DNA of 64,000 nt from Deltaproteobacteria bacterium GWA2_38_16 (GTDB taxonomy: Bacteria > Bdellovibrionota > JACOXK01 > 2-02-FULL-40-11): contig MGPE01000009.1 of NCBI GenBank assembly GCA_001797335.1, positions 246-64,245 on the forward strand. Reading direction: 5' to 3'. The stretch's first letter is position 1; every line of letters starts with the position of its first letter. Shown piece after piece: positions 62,930 through 64,000 of this stretch. Both the position numbers and the translations under genes were made by a program. Below the pieces are notes generated by a model. That model had not been told where the DNA came from. It worked only from the letters and a program-made list of their open reading frames with translations, and did no database searches.

Positions 62930-63026
62930 GGAGGTAAATAATATGCGTAACTTATTTTATATAGGACTTTTAATAATGGGCCTCATCTCACCCACCTTTG
63001 CGGGAGATAAAGTGGGAAATGGGGGG
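62930..63026 (+). repeat. conserved leader module copy 3
   Basis: 11 mismatches in 97 bp versus each of copies 1 and 2 (manual count). Confidence 0.93.
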
Positions 63027-64000
63027 GATGGCACGGCTTTGGAATTTAAGCATATAGCAATGGATTTGTATGATTACTTTAAAACTCTCCCTCCAGCTAT
63101 GTTACCTGAAAAAATGCAAGATATAGACCTTCTTGTATTTAAAAACTTTATAGATAATCTCAATGTTACTTCCAAGGCGCAATTTGATCCACCCCATGAA
63201 AATTTCACTGCTATGAATTTTAGTTACCCTCATGAAACAGATTTGGAAGGAGGACAAATTATTATCAATAGAAGTCGGTGGAGTGAAGAAACTCAAAAGA
63301 AAGCTGTTGTTTTGCATGAATTATTGGGATTGATGGGGAAAGATAGAAAATACGACGTGTCTCATGAGTTTGTAAATACCATCGTAGATAATGAAGCAGC
63401 CTTTTCTCAGATCTATGATCTTATACAGGGGATAAGATCAGCACACGGATTTTTTGAAACGGCCATGAGTTATTTTCAAAGTGTGCATAGCGGTAAAGCA
63501 TCGGAACTTACTCATCAATTGATGTGGACACATCCAAACAAAACGGCCATGAGTGAAATGCCAAAGAGAGAGGCCTTAGAAATGATCGAGCTATTTCAAG
63601 GTGGAGCTAGAGAGTATAAAACTTTTTATGAACAGTCATTTCAATTACAACATAGTATTTTGAGTTTGGCTTTAACCCTAATAGATTTAGAGGTATATCC
63701 AGAAATTCAAGCTGCTAAAAAAGCGTTGATTTGGGATGAAACTGTTGTTCCTGACCTTTTTTCTAGATGGGATAATGGAATGCAACTATACCTTAATCAA
63801 TTTAACAATACAGTCAGTGATACCGTTATGATTGATGTCAGACAATATACCCATGATCTTTGGGAATGGGTTCACTTGATCCATGAAATAAGAAATAGAG
63901 TGATGTCTTATTCAAAGCTTGTGACCGAGTTATATAATAGCCTTCCTGTTATAGAAAGTCGTCTTTATAAAACTGCTATTTTAAGTGGAGAATATCCAAA
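62943..64000 (+). CDS. secreted GNGG-leader protein 3 (partial, runs off the right edge)
   Basis: Not in the ORF track. Manual translation is open to the window end: MRNLFYIGLLIMGLISPTFA-GDKVGNGGDGTALEF...IIINRSRW...KKAVVLHELLG...; helical C-terminal region. Confidence 0.88.
   Translation, partial: MRNLFYIGLLIMGLISPTFAGDKVGNGGDGTALEFKHIAMDLYDYFKTLPPAMLPEKMQDIDLLVFKNFIDNLNVTSKAQFDPPHENFTAMNFSYPHETDLEGGQIIINRSRWSEETQKKAVVLHELLGLMGKDRKYDVSHEFVNTIVDNEAAFSQIYDLIQGIRSAHGFFETAMSYFQSVHSGKASELTHQLMWTHPNKTAMSEMPKREALEMIELFQGGAREYKTFYEQSFQLQHSILSLALTLIDLEVYPEIQAAKKALIWDETVVPDLFSRWDNGMQLYLNQFNNTVSDTVMIDVRQYTHDLWEWVHLIHEIRNRVMSYSKLVTELYNSLPVIESRLYKTAILSGEYP

Noticed and set aside
60046..63026. Leader repeats as a CRISPR array or integron attC sites
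   Set aside because: The repeats are ~97 bp, protein-coding, 1.2-1.7 kb apart and non-palindromic. There are no RYYYAAC/GTTRRRY ends and no cas or intI gene in the window.
63457..63554. 14-bp direct repeat AAACGGCCATGAGT (TAMS twice) in array protein 3
   Set aside because: It is short with dissimilar flanks, and cannot be distinguished from chance.

Overview
AT-rich chromosomal segment from a Gram-negative bacterium, probably deltaproteobacterial or Bdellovibrionota-like (inferred from gene content, not proven). From left to right: the 5' part of ligA; a Cyc2-like monoheme cytochrome-porin fusion with a secreted partner; a dcw cluster (rsmH to ftsZ, with no mraZ or ddl); a roughly 13-kb surface-glycan island (Wzm/Wzt, GT4s, a GT4-NodZ-like fusion, an epimerase, GT-C-like membrane proteins and an AAA-DUF4143 gene); FecR, TPR-barrel and DUF1207-like envelope genes; ribF-GT2-pilS-pilR-pilD; PPIase, MATE, mfd, DsbA and vapBC; a membrane-arm-only complex I operon (nuoAHJKLMN); and a TIGR02147/DUF4423-type HTH gene heading a tandem array of secreted-protein genes. 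The best candidate for an undescribed system is that array (59.2-64 kb). At least three genes start with the same ~97-bp DNA module (RBS, signal peptide and GDKVGNGG; ~89% pairwise identity by manual alignment) fused to highly divergent bodies that keep only a KAxxx(x)HE motif, which suggests a cassette-like variable secreted-protein repertoire. Other notable items are an in-frame 159-bp palindromic element inside ftsI, REP-like hairpins inside mfd and nuoA, a 27-aa duplication in the NuoL lateral helix without a second nuoM here, an exact 23-bp tract shared by murG and murF, and a duplicated GT4 N-terminus on an upstream membrane-protein gene. I saw no rRNA, tRNA, CRISPR array, transposase or integrase. 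All family calls come from motif recognition by eye; no database searches were run.
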